NCBI GenBank assembly: GCA_037442085.1
Contig: JBBIQY010000003.1
Span: 27,001-91,000 of the forward strand
Length of the DNA: 64,000 nt
Direction of reading: 5' to 3'
From: Anaerolineae bacterium
GTDB lineage: Bacteria; Chloroflexota; Anaerolineae; Anaerolineales; UBA6663
Below the pieces are notes generated by a model. It saw nothing but the letters and a program-made list of their open reading frames with translations, did no database searches and was not told where the DNA came from. Both the position numbers and the translations under genes were made by a program. Positions 55,125 to 64,000 of the stretch are shown here, in pieces; positions within the stretch are counted from its first letter, which is position 1, and each line of letters begins with the position of its first letter.

Positions 55125-56900
55125 ATGCCCCCCCTCCTCCGCCTCGAGAACGTCCATCACACTTACCTGCCGGAGCGGTCCGCGCCGGTACCGGCGCTGT
55201 GCGGCGTAAGCCTGACGGTGCACACCGGCGAGTACGTCGTCATCCTCGGGCACAACGGCTCGGGCAAATCCACGCTGGCCAAACACCTCAACGCGCTGCT
55301 GCTGCCGACGCAGGGCGAGGTCTGGGTGAAGGGCTGGAACACCAAAGAGCGCAGGCACCTGCACCACATCCGCTCCACGGTCGGCATGGTCTTTCAGCAG
55401 CCGGATAATCAATTCGTCGCCACCATCGTCGAAGAGGACGTGGCCTTTGGCCCGGAGAACCTCGGCGTGCCGCGCGAGGAGATCGTGCGGCGGGTGGACT
55501 GGTCGCTCGACCGGGTGGAGATGAGCCGGTATCGGCACCGCGCCCCGCACCTGCTGAGCGGCGGGCAGAAACAGCGCGTGTGCATCGCCGGCGTGCTGGC
55601 GATGCGGCCCGAGGTGCTGGTGCTCGACGAAGCGACTGCGATGCTCGACCCGCTCGGGCGGCGCGAGGTGGTAGAGGTGGCCAGGCGGCTCAATCGCGGC
55701 GAAGGCGTGACCGTCGTCGCCATCACCCATCACATGGACGAGGCCATCGAGGCCGACCGCGTGATTGTGCTGGAGGCCGGCCGCATCGCGCTCGAGGGGA
55801 CGCCGCGCGAGGTCTTCCGACAGGTGGAGCGGCTGCACGAGCTTCAGATGGACGTGCCGCAGGTGACGCAACTGGCCGGCGCGCTGCGCGAACGCGGCCT
55901 GGCAATGCCGGACGTGCTGACCGTCGCGGAGTTTGTGAGCGCGGTGCGCGCCCTCGCCCCGGAGGCGCCGCGGCCCTCGCCCAATGGGAGCCCGGCAGAC
56001 ACCCCCCCTCCCGGAGAAGGGCCGGCGGCGAGAGGGCCCATCATCCGCGCCGAAGGCCTGACTCATTTCTACATGCGCGGCACCCCCCTCGAAGTGAAGG
56101 CCATTGACGGCGTGAACCTCGAGGTGCAACCTGGCGAAGTGCTCGGCATCATCGGCCATACCGGCAGCGGCAAGAGCACGGTCATTCAACATTTCAACGG
56201 ACTGATGCGCCCACACGGCGGGCGCGTCACCGTGTTCGGCCAGGACCTGAGCGACCCGAAGCTGGACGTGCTGGAGATCCGCAAGCGCGTCGGGCTGCTG
56301 TTCCAATCGCCCGAAGCGCAGTTGTTCGAGCAATACGTCGGCGACGACGTGGCGTATGGCCCGCGCAATTTGAAACTCTCCAGGGAAGAGGTGCGCGAGC
56401 GGGTGCGGCACGCGCTGGACGCGGTCGGCCTGCCGTTCGAGGCGTTCAAGGACCGCATCACCTTTGGGCTGAGCGGCGGGCAGATGCGGCGCGTGGCGCT
56501 GGCCGGGGTGCTGGCGCTCGAGCCCGAAGTGCTGGTGCTCGACGAGCCGACCGCCGGCCTCGACCCGCGCGGGCGCGAACAGTTATGGGAGCTGATCCTC
56601 AGGCTGCGCAAAGACCGCCACATCACGCTGATCGTCATCTCGCACAACATGGAAGAGCTGGCGCGCGTCTGCGACCGGCTGGTGGTGATGGCCGACGGCC
56701 AGGTGGTGATGACGGGCACGCCGCGCGAAATCTTCGCGGACGCGCCGCGGCTGCGCGCGCTGGGCCTGGGCGTGCCTGACATCACCGAAGCCTTCGCGCA
56801 ACTGTGGCCCGACCTCGGGCCGGTACTGACCGTGGCTGAAGGTTTGGAGATATTGACGGGAAGGATCGAACCGCAAAGACGCGAAGGGCGCTGGGAGTAA
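55125..56900 (+). CDS. ecfA: ECF transporter ATPase, fused EcfA1-EcfA2 (two ABC domains)
   Basis: Two Walker A motifs (GHNGSGKST, GHTGSGKST), two signatures (LSGGQKQRV, LSGGQMRRV) and two Walker B motifs (LVLDEAT, LVLDEPT). Confidence 0.9.
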   Translation: MPPLLRLENVHHTYLPERSAPVPALCGVSLTVHTGEYVVILGHNGSGKSTLAKHLNALLLPTQGEVWVKGWNTKERRHLHHIRSTVGMVFQQPDNQFVATIVEEDVAFGPENLGVPREEIVRRVDWSLDRVEMSRYRHRAPHLLSGGQKQRVCIAGVLAMRPEVLVLDEATAMLDPLGRREVVEVARRLNRGEGVTVVAITHHMDEAIEADRVIVLEAGRIALEGTPREVFRQVERLHELQMDVPQVTQLAGALRERGLAMPDVLTVAEFVSAVRALAPEAPRPSPNGSPADTPPPGEGPAARGPIIRAEGLTHFYMRGTPLEVKAIDGVNLEVQPGEVLGIIGHTGSGKSTVIQHFNGLMRPHGGRVTVFGQDLSDPKLDVLEIRKRVGLLFQSPEAQLFEQYVGDDVAYGPRNLKLSREEVRERVRHALDAVGLPFEAFKDRITFGLSGGQMRRVALAGVLALEPEVLVLDEPTAGLDPRGREQLWELILRLRKDRHITLIVISHNMEELARVCDRLVVMADGQVVMTGTPREIFADAPRLRALGLGVPDITEAFAQLWPDLGPVLTVAEGLEILTGRIEPQRREGRWE

Positions 56901-56950
56901 CGCGCAGGTCTTGCCTTCTTTGCGCTCTTTGCGGCTTCGCGGTAATTTCT

Positions 56951-57841
56951 ATGTCTGAATTTCAACACGAGATGCAACCCTGGCCGGCGCTGGCCCCGTA
57001 TGCGCGCCAGGTGCAGCTGCGCTCCGGGCTGACGCTGTTTGCCTTCGAGGCCGGTGCGCGCGAAGCGCCGTCGTTCGTGCTCCTTCACGGCCTCGGCGAC
57101 GAGGCCGATACCTGGCGACACGTGCTGCCCCTGCTGGCCGAGCGTCATCATGTCGTCGCGCCCGATCTGCCCGGCTTCGGCCGCAGCGACCGGCCCCGCC
57201 GCACGTACACGCTCGCCTTTCTGCGCGACACCGTCGTGGAATTGCTGGATGCGCTTGACCTGCCGGCGGCGGGATTGATCGGCCACTCGCTCGGCGCGGC
57301 CCTCGCCCAACTGGTCGCGCTCGAACAGCCGGCCCGTGTGCGCGAGTTGATCCTAGTCAGCGGCTCACTGACCTCGCGAGCGCAGAAGCTCAACCCGGTG
57401 ATTCTGCAGATGGCGCTGCCCGTCCTCGGCGAGCGGCTGTACAACGCCCTGCGCGCCGACCCGAACGCCGCCTACGAGTCGCTGCGCCCGTTCTATGGCG
57501 ACCTCGACGCACTGCCCGAAGAAGACCGCCGCTTCCTCTACCAGCGCGTCAACGAGCGCGTGTGGAGCGACGGCCAGCGCCGCGCCTTCCTCTCCATCCT
57601 GCGACAACTGGTCTGGAGCCTGCCGCTTCGGCAAAAGCAGCTCGAGGCCCGTCTCGCGAAACTCACTACGCCGACCCGCGCCGTCTGGGGCGAGCGCGAT
57701 GCTGTCAACTCGGTCGAGAGCGGCCGCGCCCTCATCGCCGTGCAGCCCGGCGCGACGCTCACCGTGCTACCGGGCGTTGGGCACAACGTGCAGCAGGAAG
57801 CGCCGGCGGAGGTAGTGAAGCTCGCAACCCGTAACGGATGA
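56951..57841 (+). CDS. Alpha/beta-fold hydrolase
   Basis: LLHGLGDEADTW and the nucleophile elbow GHSLGA. Confidence 0.85.
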   Translation: MSEFQHEMQPWPALAPYARQVQLRSGLTLFAFEAGAREAPSFVLLHGLGDEADTWRHVLPLLAERHHVVAPDLPGFGRSDRPRRTYTLAFLRDTVVELLDALDLPAAGLIGHSLGAALAQLVALEQPARVRELILVSGSLTSRAQKLNPVILQMALPVLGERLYNALRADPNAAYESLRPFYGDLDALPEEDRRFLYQRVNERVWSDGQRRAFLSILRQLVWSLPLRQKQLEARLAKLTTPTRAVWGERDAVNSVESGRALIAVQPGATLTVLPGVGHNVQQEAPAEVVKLATRNG

Positions 57842-57850
57842 CCTGTCACC

Positions 57851-59158
57851 ATGATCTCGCCGCTGGAGCAGCAAGTCCTCGACCGCCTCGACGACGCCGA
57901 GCTGATTCGCTGGGTGCAGGAACTGACGCGCATCCCCAGCGTCTGGAAGCCGGAGACCGGCGAGGGCGAGGAGGCCGCCGCGCGCTGGGTCGAGGCCCGC
58001 TGCCGCGAGATCGGGCTGGAGACTCACTTCGAGTTCGTCGCGCCGGGCCGACCCAATGTCATTGCCATTTACACGACCGCAGACGGCGGACGGCAGGCGG
58101 CCAAAGGTTCGCCGTCCGCCATCCCCGGCCGCACACTCATGTTCGAAGGCCACACCGATGTCGTCACTGAGGGCGACCCGGCGCTGTGGACCGACCCACC
58201 GTTCAGCGCCACCCTCCGCGACGGACGCATCTATGGGCGCGGGGCCAACGATATGAAGGCCGGGCTGGTCTGCGCATTGGCCGCGCTCAAAGCCATCAAG
58301 CAGAGCGGCGTCCGGCTCAACGGCAATGTTGTGCTCGGCGCGGTGTGCGACGAGGAGGGGCGGATGCTCGGCATCAAACACTTCGTCGCGCGCGGCTGGG
58401 CCGATACGGTGACCGCCGCCATCATCTGCGAGCCGGAGGAGAATCACCTCTGTCTCGTGCAAAAGGGCGTCATGTGGATTCGGTGCGTGATCCGCGGCGT
58501 GATGGCGCACGGCGCGATGCCGCTCACCGGCGTCAACAGCACTTATCCGCTCGCCCGTTTCCTTACCGCCGTGCACGCTCTCGAGGAGCGCGAGATCGCA
58601 CGGCACGGCCAGCACGAGCACCTCGGCCAGCCGTCCATTACCCCCACCATCGTGCAATCGCCGGCCCGCGGCGCGGGCGAGCCGCAGAACAACGTCATGC
58701 CCGGCGCGGCTGAGTGCGTGCTCGATTTTCGCTTGATCCCCGGCCAAAGCCCGGAGCAACTCGCCGAGCAGACCGAGCAACTGCTGCGCGCGACCTGTGC
58801 AGTGGACGAGCGACTCAAATACGAGATCGAAGTGCTCGAAGTGCGCCACCCGACGAAGACCGACCGCGCCGAGCCGGTGGTGGCCGCATTGGCTTCGGCG
58901 TACCGCGACCTGACGGGGAGCGAACCCATTTATGGCGGCGTGCCCGGCTCCACCGACGGCACCATCCTCAACGCGCGCAAGGGCATCCCGATTGTGACCT
59001 GCGGCCCCGGCGACATCCACATCCCCCACCACATTGACGAGTGGGTGAGCGTCGAGGAAATCAAACAAGCCGCGCGGCTGTATGTGCTGGCGGCGCTGCG
59101 CTACCTGGGCGTGGCGGGAGATGGGCAAAGCAAGGAAAAGAAGGAAACCGACGAATGA
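57851..59158 (+). CDS. M20-family metallopeptidase (ArgE/DapE/succinyl-diaminopimelate desuccinylase-like)
   Basis: GHTDVV, GRGANDMKAG and CDEEG are the canonical M20 metal-ligand blocks. Confidence 0.85.
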   Translation: MISPLEQQVLDRLDDAELIRWVQELTRIPSVWKPETGEGEEAAARWVEARCREIGLETHFEFVAPGRPNVIAIYTTADGGRQAAKGSPSAIPGRTLMFEGHTDVVTEGDPALWTDPPFSATLRDGRIYGRGANDMKAGLVCALAALKAIKQSGVRLNGNVVLGAVCDEEGRMLGIKHFVARGWADTVTAAIICEPEENHLCLVQKGVMWIRCVIRGVMAHGAMPLTGVNSTYPLARFLTAVHALEEREIARHGQHEHLGQPSITPTIVQSPARGAGEPQNNVMPGAAECVLDFRLIPGQSPEQLAEQTEQLLRATCAVDERLKYEIEVLEVRHPTKTDRAEPVVAALASAYRDLTGSEPIYGGVPGSTDGTILNARKGIPIVTCGPGDIHIPHHIDEWVSVEEIKQAARLYVLAALRYLGVAGDGQSKEKKETDE

Positions 59159-60138
59159 ACGGGACGTTGACGGACATCCCCGGCCTGCGGGTTGGGCATT
59201 GGACAAATCTTGATGCGGCGACCGGCTGCACGGTGATTTTGTGCTCTGAGGGCGGGGCGGTGGCGGGGGTGGATGTGCGCGGCTCGGCGCCCGGCACGCG
59301 CGAGAACCATCTGCTCAACCCGGTGAACTTCGTGCAGCGCATCCACGCGTTGCTGTTTGCGGGCGGCAGCGCCTACGGCCTCGCCGCCGCCGACGGCGTG
59401 ATGCGCTGGCTCGAGGAGCACGACCTCGGCCTCGATGTCGGTGTGGCGAAAGTGCCGATTGTGCCGGCAGCCGTCATCTTCGATCTGGGAACCGGCGATG
59501 CCCGGACGCGGCCCGATGCGGCCGCCGGTTACGCGGCCTGTGAGTGCGCGAGCGATGAGCCGGTGGCGCAGGGCAACGTCGGCGCGGGCACGGGCGCAAC
59601 GGTCGGCAAGGTGTTGGGGTTTAATCATGTGACGAAGGGTGGGCTGGGCTCGGCCAGCCGGCGGCTGAGCAGCGGGCTGATCATCGCGGCGCTGGCGGTC
59701 GTGAATGCGTACGGCGAAGTGATTGATCCGAAGACGAACGAACTGATCTCGGGTGTGCGCAACCCGTTGGGCGAGGGCTTCGTGCCCGCCGTGCAGATGA
59801 TGGAACGGGTCTTCGGGCAGACATGGCAGGGACTGGCGAACACCACGCTGGGCGTCATCGCCACCAACGCCGCGCTCAGCAAGGCCGAGGCCACCAAGAT
59901 CGCGCAGATGGGCCATGACGGGCTGGCGCGCGTCATCCGCCCCATTCACACCATGTTCGACGGCGACACTGTGTATGCACTTTCCGCCGGCGATCAAAAA
60001 GCGGATGTCAACCTCATCGGCGCGCTGGGTGCAGAGGTGCTGGCCGAGGCCGTGGTCAACGGCGTGCGCGCGGCGGAGGGCCTGGCCGGTGTGCCGGCGG
60101 CGAAAGATCTGCCGGCGGCGAAGGATGTACAGAGCTGA
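59155..60138 (+). CDS. P1/DmpA-family aminopeptidase (S58)
   Basis: ATGA overlap with the M20 stop. LTDIPGLRVGHWTNLDAATGCTVIL...VDVRGSAPGTRE is typical of L-aminopeptidase/D-esterase family proteins. Confidence 0.8.
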   Translation: MNGTLTDIPGLRVGHWTNLDAATGCTVILCSEGGAVAGVDVRGSAPGTRENHLLNPVNFVQRIHALLFAGGSAYGLAAADGVMRWLEEHDLGLDVGVAKVPIVPAAVIFDLGTGDARTRPDAAAGYAACECASDEPVAQGNVGAGTGATVGKVLGFNHVTKGGLGSASRRLSSGLIIAALAVVNAYGEVIDPKTNELISGVRNPLGEGFVPAVQMMERVFGQTWQGLANTTLGVIATNAALSKAEATKIAQMGHDGLARVIRPIHTMFDGDTVYALSAGDQKADVNLIGALGAEVLAEAVVNGVRAAEGLAGVPAAKDLPAAKDVQS

Positions 60139-60175
60139 CGGGTTTTGAAAATCTGTCAGGTCTACGGTCGAGATC

Positions 60176-61024
60176 ATGGCTGAAAACTTCGAGCTGCTCC
60201 GCAACGTCACCATCGGACAATACATCCCGACCGGCTCGGTGATCCACCGGCTCGACCCACGGGCGAAGTTGGTCGCCATGGCCTTGCTGATCACAGCATT
60301 CACCCTCACACTTTCGGCGCCGTGGTCGTTGTTGTTGCTGGCCGTGGTGTTTGTCGTCGCCCGGCTATCGCGCATTCCACTGACATACCTCTGGCGCGGG
60401 CTGTTGCCGGTGCTGCCCTTGCTGGCATTGATCTTTGCGCTACAGGTCATCTTTCGCGGGCGGCTAGATCAGCAAAGCCCGGTGGTCTTCGAGTGGTGGT
60501 TCCTGCGATTGACGGCCGGCAGCTTGCAACTGATCACTATCATCGCCATTCGGCTGGTGGCCTTTATTTTTCTACTGAGTTTGCTGACGCTCACCACCAC
60601 CACCACCCATCTGACACACGGTCTTGAACATCTGCTGGCGCCATTCCGGCGGCTGGGCTTCCCCGCACACGAGGTGGCGTTGGTGCTCGCCATTGCCTTG
60701 CGGTTTGTGCCGACGCTCGTCGAGGAGCTGGATCGCGTCGCCAAGGCTCAGGCCAGCCGGTGCGGCCGCACCGGTGCAACCAACCGCTGGCGGCCAGATC
60801 AGACGGCACGCGCCCGGTTGCCGCTTATTGTGCCGTTGTTTCTGAGTGCGTTACGACGGGGCGAGGATTTGATCCTGGCGATGGAAGCGCGGTGTTACGT
60901 GAGCGGCGCACACCGCACGCGGCTGGTGCAATTACGCAGCGGCCCGCTGGATTGGGCAGCGGTCGCCATCAGCGCGGCTTTGGTGGTCATCGTGTGGTGG
61001 GCCGAGTCGGGTTTATTCCGATAA
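60176..61024 (+). CDS. ecfT: ECF transporter transmembrane (T) component
   Basis: Polytopic. It carries the conserved ALRFVPTLVEE...A...R coupling-helix (AxRxF) motifs. Confidence 0.8.
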   Translation: MAENFELLRNVTIGQYIPTGSVIHRLDPRAKLVAMALLITAFTLTLSAPWSLLLLAVVFVVARLSRIPLTYLWRGLLPVLPLLALIFALQVIFRGRLDQQSPVVFEWWFLRLTAGSLQLITIIAIRLVAFIFLLSLLTLTTTTTHLTHGLEHLLAPFRRLGFPAHEVALVLAIALRFVPTLVEELDRVAKAQASRCGRTGATNRWRPDQTARARLPLIVPLFLSALRRGEDLILAMEARCYVSGAHRTRLVQLRSGPLDWAAVAISAALVVIVWWAESGLFR

Positions 61025-61064
61025 CGCAGTCCGGCGTTGTCGCGAATCACAAGGAGTCAACCTC

Positions 61065-61634
61065 ATGCAACTCTCAACCCGCAGCATCGTAGTGGCCGGC
61101 GTGTTGCTGGCCGTCGCCATCGTGTTGGCGGTGACGGGCCTGGGTTACTTTCCGGTGCCCAACATCTCCGACTCGGCGACGATCATGCATGTGCCGCCGA
61201 TCATCGGCGGCGTACTGGAAGGGCCGTTGGTGGGCGTGCTCGTGTCGGCAGTCTTCGCCGTTGATGCTTACATCCGCTTTGGGGCGTTGTTTACCGGCGC
61301 GCCCGCTTATCTGCCGTTTCTGATCCTGTTCTTCCCGCGTCTGCTGATCGGCGTCGGAGCTTGGTTCGCGTACGATCGCCTGAAAGGGGGGAACGAGATC
61401 GTGGCGCTGACCGTAGCCGGCATCGCCGGCACGCTCACCAATACCGTGTTAGTGGTGGGGCTGGCGCTGATTTTCTGGGACTCCATCCCGGCGTTTCAGG
61501 GCGTGCCGCGCGAGGCGTTTGTCGTCAGCGTCATTCCACAGGCTATTTTCGAAACGATCCTGGCCGCCATCGTCACCGTCGCCGTGGTTGCAGCGTGGAA
61601 ACGCCTGCAGACACGCGGCGGCTCGTCCGTCTAG
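61065..61634 (+). CDS. ECF transporter substrate-specific (S) component, substrate unknown
   Basis: AAGGAG SD. 189 aa, ~6 TM. The IMHVPPIIGGVLEGPLVG block resembles S-component loop-1 motifs. Confidence 0.65.
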   Translation: MQLSTRSIVVAGVLLAVAIVLAVTGLGYFPVPNISDSATIMHVPPIIGGVLEGPLVGVLVSAVFAVDAYIRFGALFTGAPAYLPFLILFFPRLLIGVGAWFAYDRLKGGNEIVALTVAGIAGTLTNTVLVVGLALIFWDSIPAFQGVPREAFVVSVIPQAIFETILAAIVTVAVVAAWKRLQTRGGSSV

Positions 61635-61645
61635 CTTCAGGCAAA

Positions 61646-61688
61646 CCGGTGAGCGCGCTCGTCGGCCGGGCCTGGGCGCGCTCACCGG
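61646..61688 (+). terminator. Hairpin downstream of the ECF S-component gene
   Basis: Perfect 13-bp stem CCGGTGAGCGCGC/GCGCGCTCACCGG with a 17-nt loop. There is no T-tract, so the call is uncertain. Confidence 0.4.
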
Positions 61689-61837
61689 CTCGCCTCCATA
61701 TCTCCATCTCCCCGTTTCCAGGCCCCTATCCAGCTCACCTCCCGGCACGACCCTTGCACCCTCGAGCGCGTTGAGTTGCGCGCCGTATGTGAGTGCTATA
61801 CAATCCCGCGCAGTTCAGAAATCGTTAGGAGAAGCGC

Positions 61838-62884
61838 ATGACGACCTCCAACTCGTCCGGTCTCGTCGGCGGCCTGGAACGCCAGCCCTGGTTATTAGCG
61901 GCCACTGTGGGCGTGGTTGCTTTCCTGGCCGGCTGGATGTTGATGGGCTGGGTCATCTGGCCCGTAGAATGGGTGGACGCCGACGTGGCCTACCTGCGCC
62001 GTGATTTGCAGGAAGACTACGTGAAGCTGGTGGCCGCCCAGTATGCGGCAGACACCAACACCGAGGCCGCCGTGCGTCGCATCGCCGGCCTCGGCCCGAA
62101 GTGGCGCGAGATCCTCGACGGCGTCGCCGCAACAGCGCAAGGCCCGGACCAGGTGCGCGTAATACAGTTGAAACAGGTGGTGGATGTGTTGGCAGCAAAT
62201 AACCAGATGCCGACCATCGCGCGCGGGCCGGGCAGCGGAAGCCCGCTGGGCAACCTGCTCCTGCCACTGGTGGGTTGTCTGCTGGTCGCGGCGGTCGTCC
62301 TGGGCGCCGGGATCTTCTACCTGCGCAGCCGAGGCTCGGGCGCGAGCATGGCCCGGCCCACGTCGGCGCGGCCTGCCGGGACCATGCCCGATTTCGTGCA
62401 GCCCACCCTGACGCCCGAAGCGCCGACCGCTGCCGGCCCGCAGTCCATCGCCCGCTTCATGACCACCTACACGCTCGGCGACGATGCCTACGACGACTCA
62501 TTCAGCATTGACGGCCCCGACGGCAATTTCCTCGGCGAGTGCGGTATGGGCATCTCCGAAACCATCGGCGTCGGCGACCCCAAGAAGGTCACCGCCTTCG
62601 AGGTCTGGTTGTTCGACAAGAACGACATCCGCACGGTGACCAAGGTCATCATGAGCGAGCACGCCTTCCGCGACGAGGCGCTCAAGAGCCGGCTGGCGGC
62701 AAAAGGCGAGCCGGTGCTGGCCGCGCCCGGCGATACCCTCAGCCTGGAGACGGCCACGCTCAAGGTGACGGCCCGCGTGGTGGACATGGCCTACGGCGGC
62801 GGCGCGCTGCCGCCCTCCAGCTTCTTCGAGCGCATGACGATCGAGTTACAGGCCTACCGCAAGACCGCGTCCGTGCCCGCCTGA
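61838..62884 (+). CDS. Hypothetical membrane protein (two TM, C-terminal soluble domain)
   Basis: AGGAGA SD, with TATACAAT upstream. TM segments are WLLAATVGVVAFLAGWMLMGWVIW and LLLPLVGCLLVAAVVLGAGIFYL. I recognise no family. Confidence 0.6.
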   Translation: MTTSNSSGLVGGLERQPWLLAATVGVVAFLAGWMLMGWVIWPVEWVDADVAYLRRDLQEDYVKLVAAQYAADTNTEAAVRRIAGLGPKWREILDGVAATAQGPDQVRVIQLKQVVDVLAANNQMPTIARGPGSGSPLGNLLLPLVGCLLVAAVVLGAGIFYLRSRGSGASMARPTSARPAGTMPDFVQPTLTPEAPTAAGPQSIARFMTTYTLGDDAYDDSFSIDGPDGNFLGECGMGISETIGVGDPKKVTAFEVWLFDKNDIRTVTKVIMSEHAFRDEALKSRLAAKGEPVLAAPGDTLSLETATLKVTARVVDMAYGGGALPPSSFFERMTIELQAYRKTASVPA

Positions 62885-62898
62885 CCCAAATGACGACG

Positions 62899-62941
62899 GA
62901 ATCGAAACCGACCCGGCATTAGACCGGGTCGGTTTCGATTC
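62899..62941. terminator. Strong hairpin between convergent genes
   Basis: 18-bp stem GAATCGAAACCGACCCGG/CCGGGTCGGTTTCGATTC with a 7-nt loop. Confidence 0.6.
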
Positions 62942-62944
62942 GGG

Positions 62945-63012
62945 TTTATCTCCGAACTTCGTCCTGGACGGTTGATCCGGGTCTAGCGAAGGCGATGCCT
63001 TCGCCAGACCCC
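62945..63012. repeat. Palindromic intergenic repeat, family 2, copy 2 (inverted relative to copy 1)
   Basis: GGTTGATCCGGGTCTAGCGAAGGCGATGCCTTCGCCAGACCC matches the reverse complement of 3565-3610. The match extends over the CGAAGTT..GATAA segment. Confidence 0.8.
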
Positions 63013-63030
63013 TCGGTTTAGAGGTAGCCT

Positions 63031-63552
63031 CTAGGGCGCTGTTCCACGCACCCAGCGCTCCAGCACAATGCGCGTCGAGGCAAATGCCAGCTCCGCCGGC
63101 AATTGGTCGCGGGGAAAGTAGCGCGCTTCATCGGCGTCGTCACCCGCCGCGAGTTCACCGGCGACGACCACCGCGCGGTAGACGATCAGGATGTCCGCCC
63201 CCTCCACTGCTTCGCTCTTGGCGATCACGTCGAGCAGCGCACTGACGCGCACGCGCAGGCCGGTTTCCTCGAACGTCTCGCGCTCCGCCGCGCGGGCCGG
63301 GGGCTCGCCCGCGTCCACGAAGCCCGCCGGCAGCGACCACTTGCCGCGCTCCGGGTCGCTTTTGCGCCGGATCAGCAGCACCTGCCCGTCGCGCTCCACC
63401 AGCGCGCAGACGGCCACTTTTGGATCGAGGAAGTGGATGTGATCGCAGGCCGGACAGACGGGCCGCACCGCGCCGTACCTCTCGCGATAGTCCATCGCAC
63501 TACCGCAGCGCATACAGAACTTGACGGCAGCCGTGCGGGCATCCAGGGTCAT
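63031..63552 (-). CDS. NUDIX hydrolase with N-terminal zinc ribbon
   Basis: CMRCG...CPAC zinc ribbon. Nudix box GKWSLPAGFVDAGEPPARAAERETFEETGL. Start set at MTLDART (ATG 63552). Confidence 0.85.
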   Translation of the reverse strand: MTLDARTAAVKFCMRCGSAMDYRERYGAVRPVCPACDHIHFLDPKVAVCALVERDGQVLLIRRKSDPERGKWSLPAGFVDAGEPPARAAERETFEETGLRVRVSALLDVIAKSEAVEGADILIVYRAVVVAGELAAGDDADEARYFPRDQLPAELAFASTRIVLERWVRGTAP

Positions 63553-63648
63553 GAACTCGATCTTAAACGAAAACGAACGGCGCACGCGAGCGCTTGGCGT
63601 TCGACGGCCATTCGTTTCTTCGCTCGATTTCGCTGAACATCCGGCCCC

Positions 63649-64000
63649 TCAGCGACGCCGAGCCAGCCAGGTGGTGAGGGCCAGGATGAGGGTGATGACG
63701 CCCAAGACCACTGCGCCAAGGGCGAGCGGCGACAGTGCTGGCGCCGGCGCCGCCTGCTCCGGGGCACTGGCAACGCCGGGCAAGAACAGTTGCTGGTCGG
63801 TTGAGAAGGGCGCGGGCGTCTCTGTGGCTGCCTGTGCCAGACCGGACTCGGCGGCGGGCGTAGCAGCGTCGGTCGCTGCAGCATCGGTGGTCGTGCGCGC
63901 CAGGGGCAGGCTTTCCCCAAACGGGGTCTCGGTGAGCGCGCTCCCTTCCGTGAGCGCATGTTCCTCCGCCAGCGCCTCTGGCGGGGCAGCCGCTCCCGGT
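63649..64000 (-). CDS. Partial CDS (N-terminus outside window): Ala/Thr/Pro-rich protein with C-terminal TM anchor and RRR tail
   Basis: Manual translation of the minus strand has no stop to the window edge. It reads ...TETPAPFSTDQQLFLPGVASAPEQAAPAPALSPLALGAVVLGVITLILALTTWLARRR-stop (TGA at 63651..63649). It is absent from the ORF track because the start lies outside the window. Confidence 0.45.
   Translation of the reverse strand, partial: PGAAAPPEALAEEHALTEGSALTETPFGESLPLARTTTDAAATDAATPAAESGLAQAATETPAPFSTDQQLFLPGVASAPEQAAPAPALSPLALGAVVLGVITLILALTTWLARRR

Noticed and set aside
63549-63959. 136-aa minus-strand ORF overlapping the NUDIX start
   Set aside because: It has an Arg/Pro/Ser-rich shadow-frame composition. 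A different minus frame gives a coherent Ala/Thr-rich protein ending in a TM anchor (called as a partial CDS at 63649-64000).

Overview
High-GC (roughly two-thirds G+C) bacterial chromosomal segment, densely coding, about 51 protein genes. I found no rRNA, tRNA, CRISPR array, transposase or integrase. Gene content and promoter architecture weakly suggest a Chloroflexota-like organism; this is inference only. Most of the window is housekeeping or metabolic: PotA-like ABC ATPase, lgt, a split Nit/NadE pair, rsmI, dus, HU, prs, meaB plus a B12-binding mutase subunit, htpG, ada, galK, gcdH-like ACAD, an ECF transporter, MFS transporters and two large sensor kinases. Many long ORFs in the supplied track are antisense or frame-shadow artefacts of the GC-rich coding strand and were not called. 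Points worth a second look: (1) A tightly coupled minus-strand operon of eight genes (47275 to 38613), apparently leaderless. It encodes three polytopic or bitopic membrane proteins, an 886-aa zinc-ribbon protein with 13-14 PDWL repeats, a GlmL-type actin-fold ATPase far from any glutamate mutase, a lipoyl-hybrid/KOW-like protein and a Thr/Pro-rich protein with an LPXTG-like tail. A P-loop ATPase fused to an OmpR-type wHTH follows. I cannot assign this cluster to any known pathway, and it is my best candidate for an undescribed system. (2) An ECF sigma factor gene split by an 89-bp palindromic MITE-like insertion with an 8-bp target duplication. Its large FecR/DUF5666-repeat anti-sigma partner is intact. 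(3) At least two families of ~100-115 bp palindromic intergenic repeat elements. (4) A duplicated near-consensus promoter. (5) Recurrent -10 boxes 6-8 nt upstream of start codons, which implies leaderless mRNAs. (6) Phased 10-bp ATTCG-type repeats flanking galK. All functional calls rest on motifs I recognised by eye in the translations; no database search was run.
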